64,000 nucleotides of DNA from an uncultured cyanobacterium. Lineage in GTDB: Bacteria > Cyanobacteriota > Cyanobacteriia > Cyanobacteriales > Nostocaceae. The stretch's first letter is position 1. Every line of letters begins with the position of its first letter. The notes beneath the pieces were generated by a model. The model had not been told where the DNA came from, did no database searches, and saw nothing but the letters and a program-made list of their open reading frames with translations. Below, in pieces: positions 54,230 through 64,000 of this stretch. The translations under genes and the position numbers were made by a program. The stretch covers positions 768,001-832,000 of the forward strand of contig CAVUDP010000004.1 of assembly GCA_963740315.1 (NCBI GenBank), in the 5' to 3' direction.

Positions 54230-54328
54230 AGCTTTGATGAAAATATTATTATTCATATTTAAGTAAATATATAGAGGATAGTTGTATTTTTTTGTAGCTA
54301 TAGTTTAATAAATATTGGGTGTAAACCT

Positions 54329-55897
54329 ATGATGACACCGACATTATTAAACCATCGCTATAAAGTAATTCAAATTCTGGCTTCGGGGGGGTTTGGCGAA
54401 ACTTTTTTGGCTGAAGATACCCAAATGCCTTCTAAGCGTAAATGTGTAATTAAACAATTAAAACCATTAGAACACAATCCGCAAATATATCAATTAGTAC
54501 AAGAAAGATTTCAGCGAGAAGCCGCACTTTTAGAGGAATTAAGCGACGGTAAAAATCAAATTCCCCAACTATATGCTTATTTTACCTATGACGAGCAATT
54601 TTACTTAATTCAAGAATATATCGAAGGAGAAACCCTCGCAAAAAAGCTAATAAAAGAAGGAATATTAAGCGAAACCTCAGTTAAAGAAATTTTAATTAAT
54701 CTTTTACCAGTACTAGAATACATTCACAAAAAACGCATCGTTCACCGAGATATTAAACCTGACAATATTATTATTCGATCGTCAGATAAACAACCTGTTT
54801 TAATCGATTTTGGTGCAGTCAAGGAAACCATGCAAACGGTAATGGCTGTTTCCGAAAATTCTACCAAGTCGATTGTAATTGGTACACCAGGATTTATGCC
54901 CAGCGAACAAACAGCAGGAAGACCTGTATATTCTAGCGATTTGTATAGCTTGGCACTAACTGCGATATACTTACTTACGGGTAAGATGCCCCAGGAATTA
55001 CCATCAAATCCATCTACAGGTGAAATTATCTGGCAGGAATATGCTCCAAACATTACTTCTAGTTTTGCCGCAGTTTTAGATAAAGCGATTAAGTCTTATG
55101 CGCGCGATCGCTTTTCTACTGCCAAAGAAATGTTACAAGTATTGCAGGCTGAAGTAGTTGTTCCACCCACAGTACCTTACCCTACACCATCTGCAAGGGA
55201 AAGCATGCAACCTCCAACTGTAATTTCCGCACCAGTACCAGCAACAGTATCATCACCACAGATACAACCACCAACAATAGTCAATCCAGGAATGAAAGAT
55301 TGGCAAAAAGCTACGATTATAGGCAGTGTAATTGGGGTATGTGCGATCGCTGGTATTTCAATAATTAACAAACAACCAACTACAAATATTCAGGCTAAAC
55401 AACCTTTAATTGAAAGCCAAAATAGTTCTTCTGCGAATGCTACAGATTTAGTAAAATCTCCAAATCAATTTTCCGCTGCTCAATCATCGATAACAAGAGA
55501 AGCAGCTATTTCTGTATTAAATAAATGGCAAGATGCAAAACGAGAATTATTTGCACCTCCTTTCAATCGCAGTCTTGGAGCAGAATTAACTACAGGTGAA
55601 GCTTATAGAAAAAATGTCGGTGATGGTAGTTCATTAGAGTGGTTAGCAAATAATAATTCTTATTATCGATATGGGGTACAAAAAATTGATTCTGTAGAAA
55701 AGTTTATCGCTAGTAAGAATAGAGCAACAATCGATATTGTATTTACTGAAGATAGAAAATTTTATCAAAATGGGGAAATAGTTACTGGCGAGAATACTTC
55801 ATTTGATACTAGATTAGTTAGATATTCCTTACAGTTGGAAGATGGTGATTTAAAAATTTCTGATTACAAAACTCTCAACATCATTGATATCCATTGA
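54329..55897 (+). CDS. Membrane Ser/Thr protein kinase with C-terminal ARC6/IMS (DUF4101)-like domain
   Basis: ASGGFG, HRDIKPDN, DFG, GTPGFMP; TM; WQDAKRELFAPP...WLANNNSYYRY...VRYSL..EDGDLKISDY. Confidence 0.92.
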   Translation: MMTPTLLNHRYKVIQILASGGFGETFLAEDTQMPSKRKCVIKQLKPLEHNPQIYQLVQERFQREAALLEELSDGKNQIPQLYAYFTYDEQFYLIQEYIEGETLAKKLIKEGILSETSVKEILINLLPVLEYIHKKRIVHRDIKPDNIIIRSSDKQPVLIDFGAVKETMQTVMAVSENSTKSIVIGTPGFMPSEQTAGRPVYSSDLYSLALTAIYLLTGKMPQELPSNPSTGEIIWQEYAPNITSSFAAVLDKAIKSYARDRFSTAKEMLQVLQAEVVVPPTVPYPTPSARESMQPPTVISAPVPATVSSPQIQPPTIVNPGMKDWQKATIIGSVIGVCAIAGISIINKQPTTNIQAKQPLIESQNSSSANATDLVKSPNQFSAAQSSITREAAISVLNKWQDAKRELFAPPFNRSLGAELTTGEAYRKNVGDGSSLEWLANNNSYYRYGVQKIDSVEKFIASKNRATIDIVFTEDRKFYQNGEIVTGENTSFDTRLVRYSLQLEDGDLKISDYKTLNIIDIH

Positions 55898-55939
55898 TTA
55901 TTTATTTATAAATCTATATTTACTATCAACATATAAACA

Positions 55940-57082
55940 ATGAGAATCAGTGATAAAAAACGCTCTACTCAATTATTACGGCTGCAATTTGCAAGTATAG
56001 TTATCGGAGTTGCGTTAACATTTACTTCAATTGGTTTAATTTTATTTAGACAACAAAATTCCGATAATACCGAACAAGCTACCAAAGTAGATCGATCTAC
56101 TCCCTTGCGATCGCCACCCACAGCATCAGCTTCACCTGTTAAATTATCAGATAGTATAGATCCTTCAAAATTAACATATAATATTACAACTTCTTCTAAA
56201 TTTACTCAAAGTAAAGAGCTACAAAACATTGTTGATGAAGTTGTTAAATTGACTAAAGATAAAAAACTTCCAACTCAGCCACTATCAATTACATTAATTG
56301 ACATAAAAACCGGCAAAATGGGAGGATATCAGCAAGAAAAACTTAGATATCCAGCAAGTGTAGTTAAATTATTTTGGATGGTTTACCTTTACGCTCAAAT
56401 AGAAAAGGGTATTTTGTCGGAAGCAGATTTTACGGAATATCTAGATGAAATGGTTAAAAAATCTGATAATGAAGCTGCTAGTAAAATACTCGATAAAATT
56501 ACTAAAACGCAATATCAAGAAGATATTCAAGAAGAATATAAAATCTGGAAAAATAAAAGATTGCAAGTTAATCAATATTTTCAGCAAGCAGGATATAACG
56601 ATATAAACGTAAGCCAAAAAACATTTCCAATTCCATATTTAAACCTTTCTAAACCAGAGGGTTCAGAATTAATATTACGAGATAATCCTCAAAAGCCGAT
56701 TCGCAATAAAATCTCAACTCAACAGGTTGCCAGGTTATTGAATGAAATTTATACGAATCAGTCTATATCATCGATTTACAGCCAAAAAATGGCACAGTTA
56801 TTAACAATAGATTCCGAAACTAGGAATATAAAAAAAGACGATAAAAATCCGAATGAATTCAATCCCGTAAGAGGTTTTTTAAGCGAATCTTTGCCAAGTA
56901 ATGTTCAGTTTATGGGTAAAGCAGGTTGGACTTCTGACACCCGTAATGATGCTGCAATTATCGCTACACCGGATGGAACAGCTTATATCTTAGTAGTATT
57001 TGCTGATGATAGTTCTTACGCATACGATTGGAATATATTTCCTAGTATTTCAGAATTAGTATTTAACCGCATGACTAATTAA
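55940..57082 (+). CDS. Membrane-anchored serine hydrolase, class A beta-lactamase/PBP-like fold
   Basis: YPASVVK (SxxK), SDN, GKAG (KTG variant), RNDAAI; N-terminal TM. Confidence 0.88.
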   Translation: MRISDKKRSTQLLRLQFASIVIGVALTFTSIGLILFRQQNSDNTEQATKVDRSTPLRSPPTASASPVKLSDSIDPSKLTYNITTSSKFTQSKELQNIVDEVVKLTKDKKLPTQPLSITLIDIKTGKMGGYQQEKLRYPASVVKLFWMVYLYAQIEKGILSEADFTEYLDEMVKKSDNEAASKILDKITKTQYQEDIQEEYKIWKNKRLQVNQYFQQAGYNDINVSQKTFPIPYLNLSKPEGSELILRDNPQKPIRNKISTQQVARLLNEIYTNQSISSIYSQKMAQLLTIDSETRNIKKDDKNPNEFNPVRGFLSESLPSNVQFMGKAGWTSDTRNDAAIIATPDGTAYILVVFADDSSYAYDWNIFPSISELVFNRMTN

Positions 57083-57183
57083 TAATAAAATTTAGATTCA
57101 ACTTATATTCAATGTAGGGTGCGTTACGCTAGGGGCTAACGCACCATTTATTATGATAAACTACCTTTTATTAATTAACATTA

Positions 57184-58014
57184 TTAATTAAGCAATTTCT
57201 CTACAACAGAAATTATATGAGTTCCCATATCCAAACAACCTTTTTCTCGACTAGCTTCTAATTCCATTCTTAATAATTCTTGCCATTTTGCAGCATCTTG
57301 TCTTATCTCTACAAGTCTTTCTCCCCAAGCAGCAGATAAACTATTAGAAGCTGATATTGCTAGAATTTGTGTGTGATTTTTTTCTAAAAATTCAATTAAC
57401 TCTTGAGCGCGAAATAAGTGACAACGCTGTCTTGCAGTCTGGTCAATTTCCGGAGATAAATCACCTGTTTCAGTAATTTTGATATTATTTTCTGGCGGAA
57501 CTTTTAGGGTACCAGGTAGAAATTCATGAATGCTACCCCATAAACTCATCACGCTGATTAAAGCTTTTCCTTTGGGTTTGAGAACTCGTAATATTTCCTG
57601 TAAAGCAATATCTCTTTTGTCAAAAACATAACTCAAAGGACCACCGTAACAAACTACAGCGTCAAATTGATTATTTTTTAACTGCTTCATGTCACACATA
57701 TCTAATCGCAGCCAATCTTTGATACCGTGTTTAAAATTAAACTCTTCGGCATATTTTTTATTTAGAGTTAATTGATTTTCTGAAATATCCGCAACAAGAA
57801 CTTTTGCACCTAAATTTACCAGAATTTGACTAAATCTCCCCGCACCAGCACCAATTTCTAAAACATAGTCGCCACTGCGGATATATTCTTTTAAATAATG
57901 AGTATGAATAAACAGCTTTACTTCTTGAGTTGGTGTTTTAACCAAACGTTCCCACTCTTTTTCGTTGTAATCATCAAAGAAATTTGCAACCCATTGGGGA
58001 TTATATTCATGCAT
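57184..58014 (-). CDS. Class I SAM-dependent methyltransferase
   Basis: VLEIGAGAGRF, VADIS, FDAVVC, RVLKPKG. Confidence 0.9.
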   Translation of the reverse strand: MHEYNPQWVANFFDDYNEKEWERLVKTPTQEVKLFIHTHYLKEYIRSGDYVLEIGAGAGRFSQILVNLGAKVLVADISENQLTLNKKYAEEFNFKHGIKDWLRLDMCDMKQLKNNQFDAVVCYGGPLSYVFDKRDIALQEILRVLKPKGKALISVMSLWGSIHEFLPGTLKVPPENNIKITETGDLSPEIDQTARQRCHLFRAQELIEFLEKNHTQILAISASNSLSAAWGERLVEIRQDAAKWQELLRMELEASREKGCLDMGTHIISVVEKLLN

Positions 58015-58164
58015 AATGATAAATAACTGAAATGATCAAAAAGAAACTGGATACAAGCTAGTAGGATTCATCCATAGAGAAACAAAAAACTATATCATTA
58101 TTTTAAACCCTTGACTTTAAACATAGAGTCAATCCAAAATCTAAAATTTAAAATCCAAAATTAA

Positions 58165-59223
58165 ATGACTAGCTTATTCCGTGCTGAAGTTGATGCAATG
58201 ACTGGCTATATCCCTGGGGAACAGCCAAAATCGGATAGTAGAATTATTAAACTTAACAGCAACGAAAATCCTTATCCTCCTTCCCCAAAAGTAAAGGATG
58301 TATTGCAAAATTTTGATTGGGAATGGTTGCGACGATATCCGGATGCTTCAGCTACCGATTTTCGTAATGCTGTTAGTGAAACTTTGGATATTCCTGCTGA
58401 TTGGATAATTGTCGGTAACGGTAGCGATGAAGTTTTGAATTTAGTAATTCGGGCTTGTACCGATGTTAGTAGAAAAGTTGTTTATCCCATGCCTACTTAC
58501 GTGCTTTACCGCACCTTGGTAGAAATGCAGCCAGCCCAGACGGTAGAAATTGATTATCCCGAAGATTATAAATTACCGATAGAAGAATTAGTAAAAGTCG
58601 ATGGTGCGGTAACATTTATAGCTACTCCTAATAGCCCGTCGGGACATATTGTACCAGTAGAAGATTTACGAGAATTAGCATCAAGATTATCTGGTGTTTT
58701 GGTTATTGATGAAGCTTATTGTGATTTTGCTTATGGTGATGCTTTGTCAGTGGTAAAAGAGTTTGAAAATGTGATTTCTATTCGTACTTTGTCGAAGGGA
58801 TATTCACTGGCGGGGATTAGATTGGGGTTTGGAATTGCCAATCCAAAATTACTGCAAGGTTTGTATAAAATCAAAGATAGCTACAACATTGATGCTATAG
58901 CTTGTGCGATCGGTGCTGCTGCAATGCGCGACCAAGATTATAAAAATAGTTGTGCCCAAAAGGTTAAAATATCGCGGGGAAAGCTGTCGGAAGATTTAAG
59001 AAAATTAGGTTTTAAGGTTTGGGATTCTCAGACGAATTTCTTATTAGTGCAGCCACCTCAAGGGAATGCGGAATATTTGTATTTAAAGTTGAAAGAGCAA
59101 GGTATTTTGATTCGATATTTTAAGCAGGAAGGGTTAGAAGATAAGTTACGGATTGCTATTGGTACGGATGAGGAGAATCAAGTGTTAGTTGAGGCTTTGG
59201 GTGGGTTGATGGAGGTAAATTAA
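58165..59223 (+). CDS. hisC: Histidinol-phosphate aminotransferase
   Basis: KLNSNENPY, GNGSDE, PNSPSG, IDEAY, RTLSKGYSLAGIRLG. Confidence 0.95.
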   Translation: MTSLFRAEVDAMTGYIPGEQPKSDSRIIKLNSNENPYPPSPKVKDVLQNFDWEWLRRYPDASATDFRNAVSETLDIPADWIIVGNGSDEVLNLVIRACTDVSRKVVYPMPTYVLYRTLVEMQPAQTVEIDYPEDYKLPIEELVKVDGAVTFIATPNSPSGHIVPVEDLRELASRLSGVLVIDEAYCDFAYGDALSVVKEFENVISIRTLSKGYSLAGIRLGFGIANPKLLQGLYKIKDSYNIDAIACAIGAAAMRDQDYKNSCAQKVKISRGKLSEDLRKLGFKVWDSQTNFLLVQPPQGNAEYLYLKLKEQGILIRYFKQEGLEDKLRIAIGTDEENQVLVEALGGLMEVN

Positions 59224-59270
59224 AGATTTTAACGCAGAGTAACGCGGAGGTTTAACTAGAGTTTATTAAC

Positions 59271-60143
59271 ATGAGTAAAAATAGACAACAACGTGCGGCG
59301 ATCGCACAAGAAACCATCGATATTTTAAAGAAAGGTTTTTACCAAAATCAGCAAGAAGAAACTATTTATATTCAAGAATATCTACTAGCTGCAATAGAAA
59401 ATTCAATTCATTATTCTGAAGACGATTTTTCATCAGTATTTTCTCAATTAAATCAAAAGCAACTTAGAGAAAATCCAAATTCAATACAGTTTGAAGTAAA
59501 CAACGAAACTACTCTTAATGCTGCTAGTCGGTTAGTGAATCAAGAAGCCTTTGAAGAAAAAAAAGCAAAAGCATTATGTTTAAACTTCGCTTCTGCAAAA
59601 AATCCCGGTGGTGGATTTCTTAATGGCTCTCAAGCACAGGAAGAAAGTTTAGCTAGAGCAACCGGGCTTTATCTTTGTATTTCTCAAATGATGAAAATGT
59701 ATGAGGAAAACAGAAATTACAGTTCGTGTCTCTACCTGGATGATATGATTTATTCGCCACAAGTGCCGGTTATTAGAAATGATAATGATCAATTGTTGGA
59801 TAAACCATTTTTAATTTCGATTTTGACGGTACCTGCTGTTAATGCTGGCGCAGTAATAAAAAATGGTAATAAGCGAGAAATCAATCAAATTGAAAGTACG
59901 ATGTTGCGACGTATAGAAAAGTTGTTATCGGTTGCAGCAGTAAATAATTACAAAGTTTTGGTTTTGGGTGCTTGGGGATGTGGTGTATTTAAAAATAATC
60001 CCGATGATGTAGCTAGATATTTTCATCATCATCTTGTAGAAAATCCAAAATTTAGCGGTTTGTTTGAAAAGGTTGTGTTTGCGGTTTTAGATAATACTAA
60101 AGATGAAAGCGTTATTGATGCGTTTAGGGAAAGATTTTCATAA
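59271..60143 (+). CDS. TIGR02452/DUF2263 bacterial PARG-type macrodomain
   Basis: LNFASAKNPGGGFLNGSQAQEESL (GGG-x-QEE signature), IYSP, LGAWGCGVF. Confidence 0.9.
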   Translation: MSKNRQQRAAIAQETIDILKKGFYQNQQEETIYIQEYLLAAIENSIHYSEDDFSSVFSQLNQKQLRENPNSIQFEVNNETTLNAASRLVNQEAFEEKKAKALCLNFASAKNPGGGFLNGSQAQEESLARATGLYLCISQMMKMYEENRNYSSCLYLDDMIYSPQVPVIRNDNDQLLDKPFLISILTVPAVNAGAVIKNGNKREINQIESTMLRRIEKLLSVAAVNNYKVLVLGAWGCGVFKNNPDDVARYFHHHLVENPKFSGLFEKVVFAVLDNTKDESVIDAFRERFS

Positions 60144-60202
60144 GTAGCCCCACCCTTCTAGGGTGTGGGCGTTTGTTTTACCAATCCCCAATCCCCAATC
60201 CC

Positions 60203-62071
60203 CTATTTAAATTTAATCAACTGATATTTTTGTACTTCACCAATAACTTGATGGGATTGGGATATCTCTGAAGCTTGTTTTTTAGGTATCCAAGCGTAGC
60301 TAGAAGCGGTAAGTTGAGATTTATTTACTCGTTTTCCATGTTTTGGCGTGTAAAAATTGATCAAGACTCCAGTTTTACCGCCAACTTCAACGAAATTGAT
60401 GGGATGATTTTGCAAAATTTGACTGATTTCTGGCTGTTGTAAAAATGCTTGGAAATCAGGATTATAGTTACTTAATAAACCCAGATTACTTGTTACCGCT
60501 AAACTTAACCAAGCTGAAATTAACCAAGCACCTATCCAATAACGTGCAGTAATTAACTTCTTACCAAAACGACAGCGAGCAATCCAAATCAAAGGTAAAC
60601 TCAACCAACTCAAGCCTAATGCTAAACCAACAATTGCATAATTACGGATTTCGCCATCACGATCGCTGATGAAGAAAACAACCGTACCCCCTAATAAAAG
60701 TAGAATAGCCAGGGCAGCAAAAGTATAGTTTAAAGTTTTTAGAATACGAGTTGGTGATAAATTTATAGAGGGATTATTAAATATAGAAAATATAGAAAAT
60801 ATAGAAATATTTCGTATTTTTAATTCTTCATTGTCTGTATCCCAAATTTTACCCAACCAACTTAAACCTACCGCCGCAAGTAAAGCAATAAAAGGATATA
60901 AACAAAGACTGTAATGAGATAAGCGAGTCGAAAAAACACTAAGTTCAATAAATAGAATCAGTGGAAAACCTATTAATATTGAAACATCTCTTAAATATTT
61001 TAATTCATCTTTTTTTGTAGTGCGAGCATCTTGCTCGCTATTTTCACTAATATATTTTTTGCTATTTTGATTACGATGTTCCTCGCTATTGTTACTAATA
61101 TATTTTCCGCTATTTTTACTAATATATTGCAAGCTTTGATAATTAGAAGTGTAAACCTCTTCTTTTCGTTTAAAATTATATTCACATAAAAAATTACGAA
61201 TTAATAAACCCGTACCTAAAAAACTAAATAATGACCAGGGAAAAGCTAAAATAGGAACATTCCAAAAATAATAAGTCCAGTTGTTATTACGACGTTCCTT
61301 TGAACTAAGTTTGGTAACAAAATTTATTAACTCTGCAAAACTATCGCCGCCAAAGCGTAAAGAACTAAGTCTTAACCAAATGATAGTCGGTGCTAATCCC
61401 AATAAAAAACCCAGATATAACATTGGGTTTGCTAAATGATTGTGACGACGATGCTGTAATATTAAATAAGGCGATAAAGCTACTATCGGAATAAAAATCA
61501 TGAAGCTTCTGATTAAAAAGCCAAAAGAAAAACTACAGCCAGCGATCAAACCCCAAATATAGCGATGCCGGGGGTTTAATTCTGCTTTTAATAAAGACAA
61601 AATTCCTAAAAGTACCAAAAAAACCATTGGTACATCTGGAGTTCCTAAACGAGAATATTGCAGCCAAAGAAACTCCACACTTAAAATAGCAGCGGCAAGC
61701 CAAGCAACTTTTTTATTTAATAATATTTTGCCAATTTCATAAACTAGTAATACGTTCAAAATTCCTAAAATCATATTTGGTAAGCGAACGCTAATTTCAC
61801 TAATCCCAAACAAACTATAAGAAACGGCAATTAACCAATAAAAACCCGGTGTTTTATGATGGGGACTTTCCCAAGGATTTATCCAGTCTCCCGAATCGTA
61901 CATCAAGCGCGATCGCCAAGCGTAAAGTCCCTCATCGTGAGCCATCAGACTGCTATTTCCTATACCTAATAGCAATAGCGGAAGCATCCAAACTAATAAA
62001 CTTAAATAAGGGAAACCCGCCCAAGTTACAAAATTTCGTTTAATAAGAGAAAACTTTAGTTTGGATGACAT
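60203..62071 (-). CDS. ArnT/PMT-like (GT-C fold) membrane glycosyltransferase with repeat-derived loop insertions
   Basis: AHDEGLY, HKTPGFYW, SVRLP, multi-TM. Confidence 0.88.
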   Translation of the reverse strand: MSSKLKFSLIKRNFVTWAGFPYLSLLVWMLPLLLLGIGNSSLMAHDEGLYAWRSRLMYDSGDWINPWESPHHKTPGFYWLIAVSYSLFGISEISVRLPNMILGILNVLLVYEIGKILLNKKVAWLAAAILSVEFLWLQYSRLGTPDVPMVFLVLLGILSLLKAELNPRHRYIWGLIAGCSFSFGFLIRSFMIFIPIVALSPYLILQHRRHNHLANPMLYLGFLLGLAPTIIWLRLSSLRFGGDSFAELINFVTKLSSKERRNNNWTYYFWNVPILAFPWSLFSFLGTGLLIRNFLCEYNFKRKEEVYTSNYQSLQYISKNSGKYISNNSEEHRNQNSKKYISENSEQDARTTKKDELKYLRDVSILIGFPLILFIELSVFSTRLSHYSLCLYPFIALLAAVGLSWLGKIWDTDNEELKIRNISIFSIFSIFNNPSINLSPTRILKTLNYTFAALAILLLLGGTVVFFISDRDGEIRNYAIVGLALGLSWLSLPLIWIARCRFGKKLITARYWIGAWLISAWLSLAVTSNLGLLSNYNPDFQAFLQQPEISQILQNHPINFVEVGGKTGVLINFYTPKHGKRVNKSQLTASSYAWIPKKQASEISQSHQVIGEVQKYQLIKFK

Positions 62072-62168
62072 TTGATTAATAAAAATTGCAAATTACCGAC
62101 TTAACTAATTAATTGTTAAATCACTTTTTAAAGTTGTAAATTGGTATACAAAATGTACCATATTTATA

Positions 62169-62352
62169 CAGTGAGCAGTGAGCAGTGAGCAGTGAGCAGT
62201 TATTAGTTGAGTGTTAGCGAGTGTCTGAAGGACATGCATCTTGCGATCTTTTTACGACCAGCGAGCGAGACGCTCGCACTACCCAAACCCTTCATAATTA
62301 ATGTGGTGGAATACTGGTTACTGATAACTGCTCACTGCTCACTGATAACTGA
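62169..62352. repeat. Inverted (CAGTGAG)n and (CTGCTCA)n STRR arms enclosing a REP copy; same STRR at about 19794-19817
   Basis: cagtgag x4 at 62169; actgctcactgctcactg at about 62326. Confidence 0.8.
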
Positions 62353-62367
62353 TTTAAGGGGGATTTT

Positions 62368-63012
62368 ATGATGCTTCGACCAAATGAACGTATTAAGTTG
62401 GATGATACAGATGATAATGTATTTTACGGGCTTCCCCGTTTTGTTACCCATGTAGATGATGGGTTTATTCAACAGCTTACAGATTTATATCGGCAACGTC
62501 TCAAACCCAATACGCGCATTTTTGACATGATGAGTAGCTGGGTTTCCCATTTACCGGAGGAAATGCAGTTCAGTTACGTTGAGGGGCACGGAATGAACGA
62601 AGAAGAATTAGCACGTAATCCCCGTTTTGACCATTACTTTATCCAAAATCTTAACGAAAATCCTAAATTACCACTAAAAGACCAAGAATTTGATGCCGTT
62701 CTTAATTGTGTTTCCGTACAATATTTACAGTATCCGGAAGCAATATTTACCGAAATTCACCGCATTCTAAAACCCGGTGGTATGGCAATTTTCAGCTTTT
62801 CTAACAGAATGTTTTACCAAAAAGCAATTCAAGCATGGCGCGATAGTAGCGAAGCCGGAAGAGTCGAATTAGTCAAAAGTTATTTTCAATCGGTTCCCGG
62901 ATTTACTCCTCCAGAGGTAATCATGAATCAATCTTCATTACCAAATTTCCTCCAGTGGTTAGGTGCGGGAAACGGCGACCCATTTTATGCTGTTATAGCT
63001 CATCGAATTTAA
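62368..63012 (+). CDS. Class I SAM-dependent methyltransferase-like protein
   Basis: PRFVTHVD, DMMSSWVSHLP, GHGMNEEEL, SVQYL, SFSNRMF..KA, DPFYAV. Confidence 0.88.
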   Translation: MMLRPNERIKLDDTDDNVFYGLPRFVTHVDDGFIQQLTDLYRQRLKPNTRIFDMMSSWVSHLPEEMQFSYVEGHGMNEEELARNPRFDHYFIQNLNENPKLPLKDQEFDAVLNCVSVQYLQYPEAIFTEIHRILKPGGMAIFSFSNRMFYQKAIQAWRDSSEAGRVELVKSYFQSVPGFTPPEVIMNQSSLPNFLQWLGAGNGDPFYAVIAHRI

Positions 63013-63244
63013 CAGTTAATAAAAAAAGTCTGTATGTTAAAGGTTAAAGGTCAAAGAAAAGATATGAAACCTTTGAATATTGACTGCTTTTCCTATCTCG
63101 TCAAGAAGTTTAACTGTTGATTAACATACTTAAAAGTTATCAAAAAGAAATTTTTGTTAATTGACAAATGAAGTATAAAGGATGAGTTGTAAAGTATAAA
63201 TTGTTAATCCTTTATACTTTATTCGGTCAAATCTAAATTAGGAG

Positions 63245-63766
63245 TTGAAGATGAATTTTCCCCGCGTGCGTAGTATATTAGCTGCTTTGGTACTTTCGAT
63301 ATTACTGCTGACAACAGCCTGTGCCCAAAAAGCACCCGGACGTTTCGATCAGGTACAGCAGGAAAGCAGCCAGCAGAAAAGAGGACAAGCGGTTGCTAAA
63401 GATTCTACCCAAGGTAGTGAGTTTAATAAATTCTTCCCATCTGCATCAGATGGTTATCAACGAGTTTTCACTCAAGAGAAAAAAGGTTTTGCTGAAGCGA
63501 AGCTGAAACAAGACGGTAAAGATGTAGCGGTAATGGCAATTTCCGATACTACTAGCCTACCCACAGCAGCAGCTAAATTTGCTAATAGCACCAAAAAAAT
63601 CTCTGGTTATCCAGCGGTGGAAGTTGGAAGCACCCAAACAGCGGTTTTAGTGGACGATCGCTATCAAGTAAAAGTATTGTCCCGCAGTCCAGCATTTACA
63701 GCTAGCGATCGCGAAGCTTGGTTGAAGAAATTTGACCTTAGTGGTTTATCGCGTGTGAAAGCTTAA
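63245..63766 (+). CDS. Conserved hypothetical lipoprotein
   Basis: Lipobox TTAC, FNKFFP, QEKKGFAEAKL, RYQVKVLSR; start may be the ATG at 63251. Confidence 0.8.
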   Translation: MKMNFPRVRSILAALVLSILLLTTACAQKAPGRFDQVQQESSQQKRGQAVAKDSTQGSEFNKFFPSASDGYQRVFTQEKKGFAEAKLKQDGKDVAVMAISDTTSLPTAAAKFANSTKKISGYPAVEVGSTQTAVLVDDRYQVKVLSRSPAFTASDREAWLKKFDLSGLSRVKA

Positions 63767-63904
63767 GAACGTTGTTAGCGGTTAGTTGTTAGTGGCTTAA
63801 ATAATTCCTAACTGCTGTACAGACGTAGCAATGCTACGTCTCTACAATTTCTAACTAAAACTTACCTTCCCAGCAAAAAGTAAATAATCAAGGAGCCTAC
63901 TACC

Positions 63905-64000
63905 GTGAGCAAAGCTATTTTTGAATTGGTTGATGAACTACCAACTAGCGGTTTAACCGTTTCAGCGCTAAATTCGCTCGATTCTATAACTCCAGGGCAT
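63905..64000 (+). CDS. Hypothetical protein, 5' part only
   Basis: AGGAG at about 63891, GTG start, open to the window edge: MSKAIFELVDELPTSGLTVSALNSLDSITPGH. Confidence 0.65.
   Translation, partial: MSKAIFELVDELPTSGLTVSALNSLDSITPGH

Noticed and set aside
55940..57082. Antibiotic-resistance beta-lactamase
   Set aside because: Membrane anchor, KAG variant and no clear ExxLN omega-loop motif; more like cyanobacterial PBP-A-type hydrolases
57184..58014. Methyltransferase as the N-trimethylase of a carnitine-like pathway
   Set aside because: Separated from the acyltransferase by three unrelated genes and no substrate evidence; only cross-genome co-occurrence could revive the idea

Overview
64-kb chromosomal window from a cyanobacterium, inferred to be a filamentous heterocyst-forming type from the abundant HIP1 octamer GCGATCGC, 7-bp STRR arrays, split rpoC1/rpoC2, IctB and cyanoexosortase B. 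The core genes are rpsT-tatD-rpoB-rpoC1-rpoC2, acnB, hemJ, hisC and a ferredoxin. Accessory blocks are: (i) a cyanoexosortase B/EPS export locus; (ii) a repeat-bounded BglII-like restriction-modification cassette whose endonuclease frame has ATT where the start Met should be; (iii) a ~15.5-kb cellulose locus (porin-TPR-bcsZ-bcsB-bcsA, plus a lipoprotein, a membrane coiled-coil protein and a GH5-CBM2 cellulase) with no one-piece BcsC; (iv) an island beside rpsT with a eukaryote-type choline/carnitine O-acyltransferase divergent from a BesD-like Fe(II)/2OG hydroxylase, followed by two membrane Ser/Thr kinases and a class A beta-lactamase-fold serine hydrolase. The best candidate for an undescribed system is the hydroxylase plus carnitine-type acyltransferase pair. 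All family assignments come from motif recognition by eye; no database searches were run. No rRNA, tRNA, CRISPR array or transposase was seen.
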